From positions 1 to 32,837 of the forward strand of contig DAINSN010000001.1 of NCBI GenBank assembly GCA_036741295.1: a stretch of 32,837 bases of DNA, written 5' to 3'. This document shows, piece by piece, positions 32,761 through 32,837 of this stretch (positions are counted from its first letter, which is position 1; each line of letters begins with the position of its first letter). Position numbers and translations under genes: made by a program. This stretch comes from Gaiellaceae bacterium. Its GTDB lineage: Bacteria; Actinomycetota; Thermoleophilia; Gaiellales; Gaiellaceae. Below the pieces are notes generated by a model, which was not told the origin of the DNA, searched no databases, and was given only the letters and a program-made list of their open reading frames with translations.

Positions 32761-32805
32761 TGACGGGCCGGTAAACGGTCACACCGGCAAAGCCGGCATG
32801 ACCTC

Positions 32806-32833
32806 CTAAGCGGCATCGCAAGCGATGCCTTAG
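32806..32833 (+). terminator. Stem-loop downstream of nadE (possible terminator; the tail lies beyond the window edge)
   Basis: CTAA-GC-GGCATCGC-AA-GCGATGCC-TTAG forms an 8-bp core stem plus a 4-bp extension across a 2-nt bulge. The window ends 4 nt later, so a U-tract cannot be assessed. Confidence 0.3.
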
Positions 32834-32837
32834 TCAC

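Noticed and set aside
1-32837. CRISPR arrays, rRNA/tRNA genes, IS elements or other mobile elements
   Set aside because: I saw no regularly spaced direct repeats, no tRNA cloverleaf signatures in any intergenic gap, and no transposase-like ORF. The only repeat families seen are the short motifs reported above.

Overview
This is a high-GC, GC3-rich chromosomal segment of about 32.8 kb that looks Actinomycetota-like (KorA, DipZ, PAC2, CtaA and FadAB types). It carries about 30 tightly packed genes, many joined by 4-nt start/stop overlaps. Most of the long ORFs in the six-frame track are antisense or wrong-frame artefacts of the GC content, so I called genes from protein-like sequence, GC3 pattern and start context. 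Recognisable content: korA (partial), a DUF1361/VOC/O-antigen-ligase trio, two paralogous XRE-HTH+TPR regulators, an AlkA-like glycosylase, a macrodomain protein, proC, pgl, an ArsR-type regulator, a short HemK-like methyltransferase, fadA-fadB, a large ResIII/DEAH helicase with a polyQ/basic tail, dipZ, a PAC2 protein, ctaA, an ApgM-like metalloenzyme, an NMNAT-like nucleotidyltransferase, selD, an SDR, an MFS-DHA2 exporter, an acyl-CoA synthetase, a CAP-domain secreted protein and nadE. I found no rRNA, tRNA, CRISPR array, transposase or integrase. The most interesting signal is at 24725..26720. A 457-aa XRE-HTH/TPR protein is followed 27 nt later by an unlisted 37-codon ORF with the best Shine-Dalgarno in the window and a signal-peptide-plus-short-tail layout. 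A tightly coupled Xis-type HTH gene follows that ORF. This is the gene order of RRNPP/arbitrium peptide quorum-sensing cassettes, which are known from Firmicutes rather than high-GC lineages. Other candidates: an orphan consensus promoter and intrinsic terminator bracketing about 170 nt with no ORF (candidate sRNA, 26691..26898); a 166-nt rod-like inverted-repeat element exactly filling the dipZ/PAC2 gap, whose mismatches are all G-U compatible on the + strand only; a PAC2 gene with no ATG/GTG/TTG for its conserved first ~110 codons; a Cys-type selD translationally coupled to an NMNAT-like and an ApgM-like gene; a multiply disrupted secreted-protein gene; and a perfect 33-bp palindrome upstream of korA. 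All functional calls rest on my own reading of motifs. No database search was possible.
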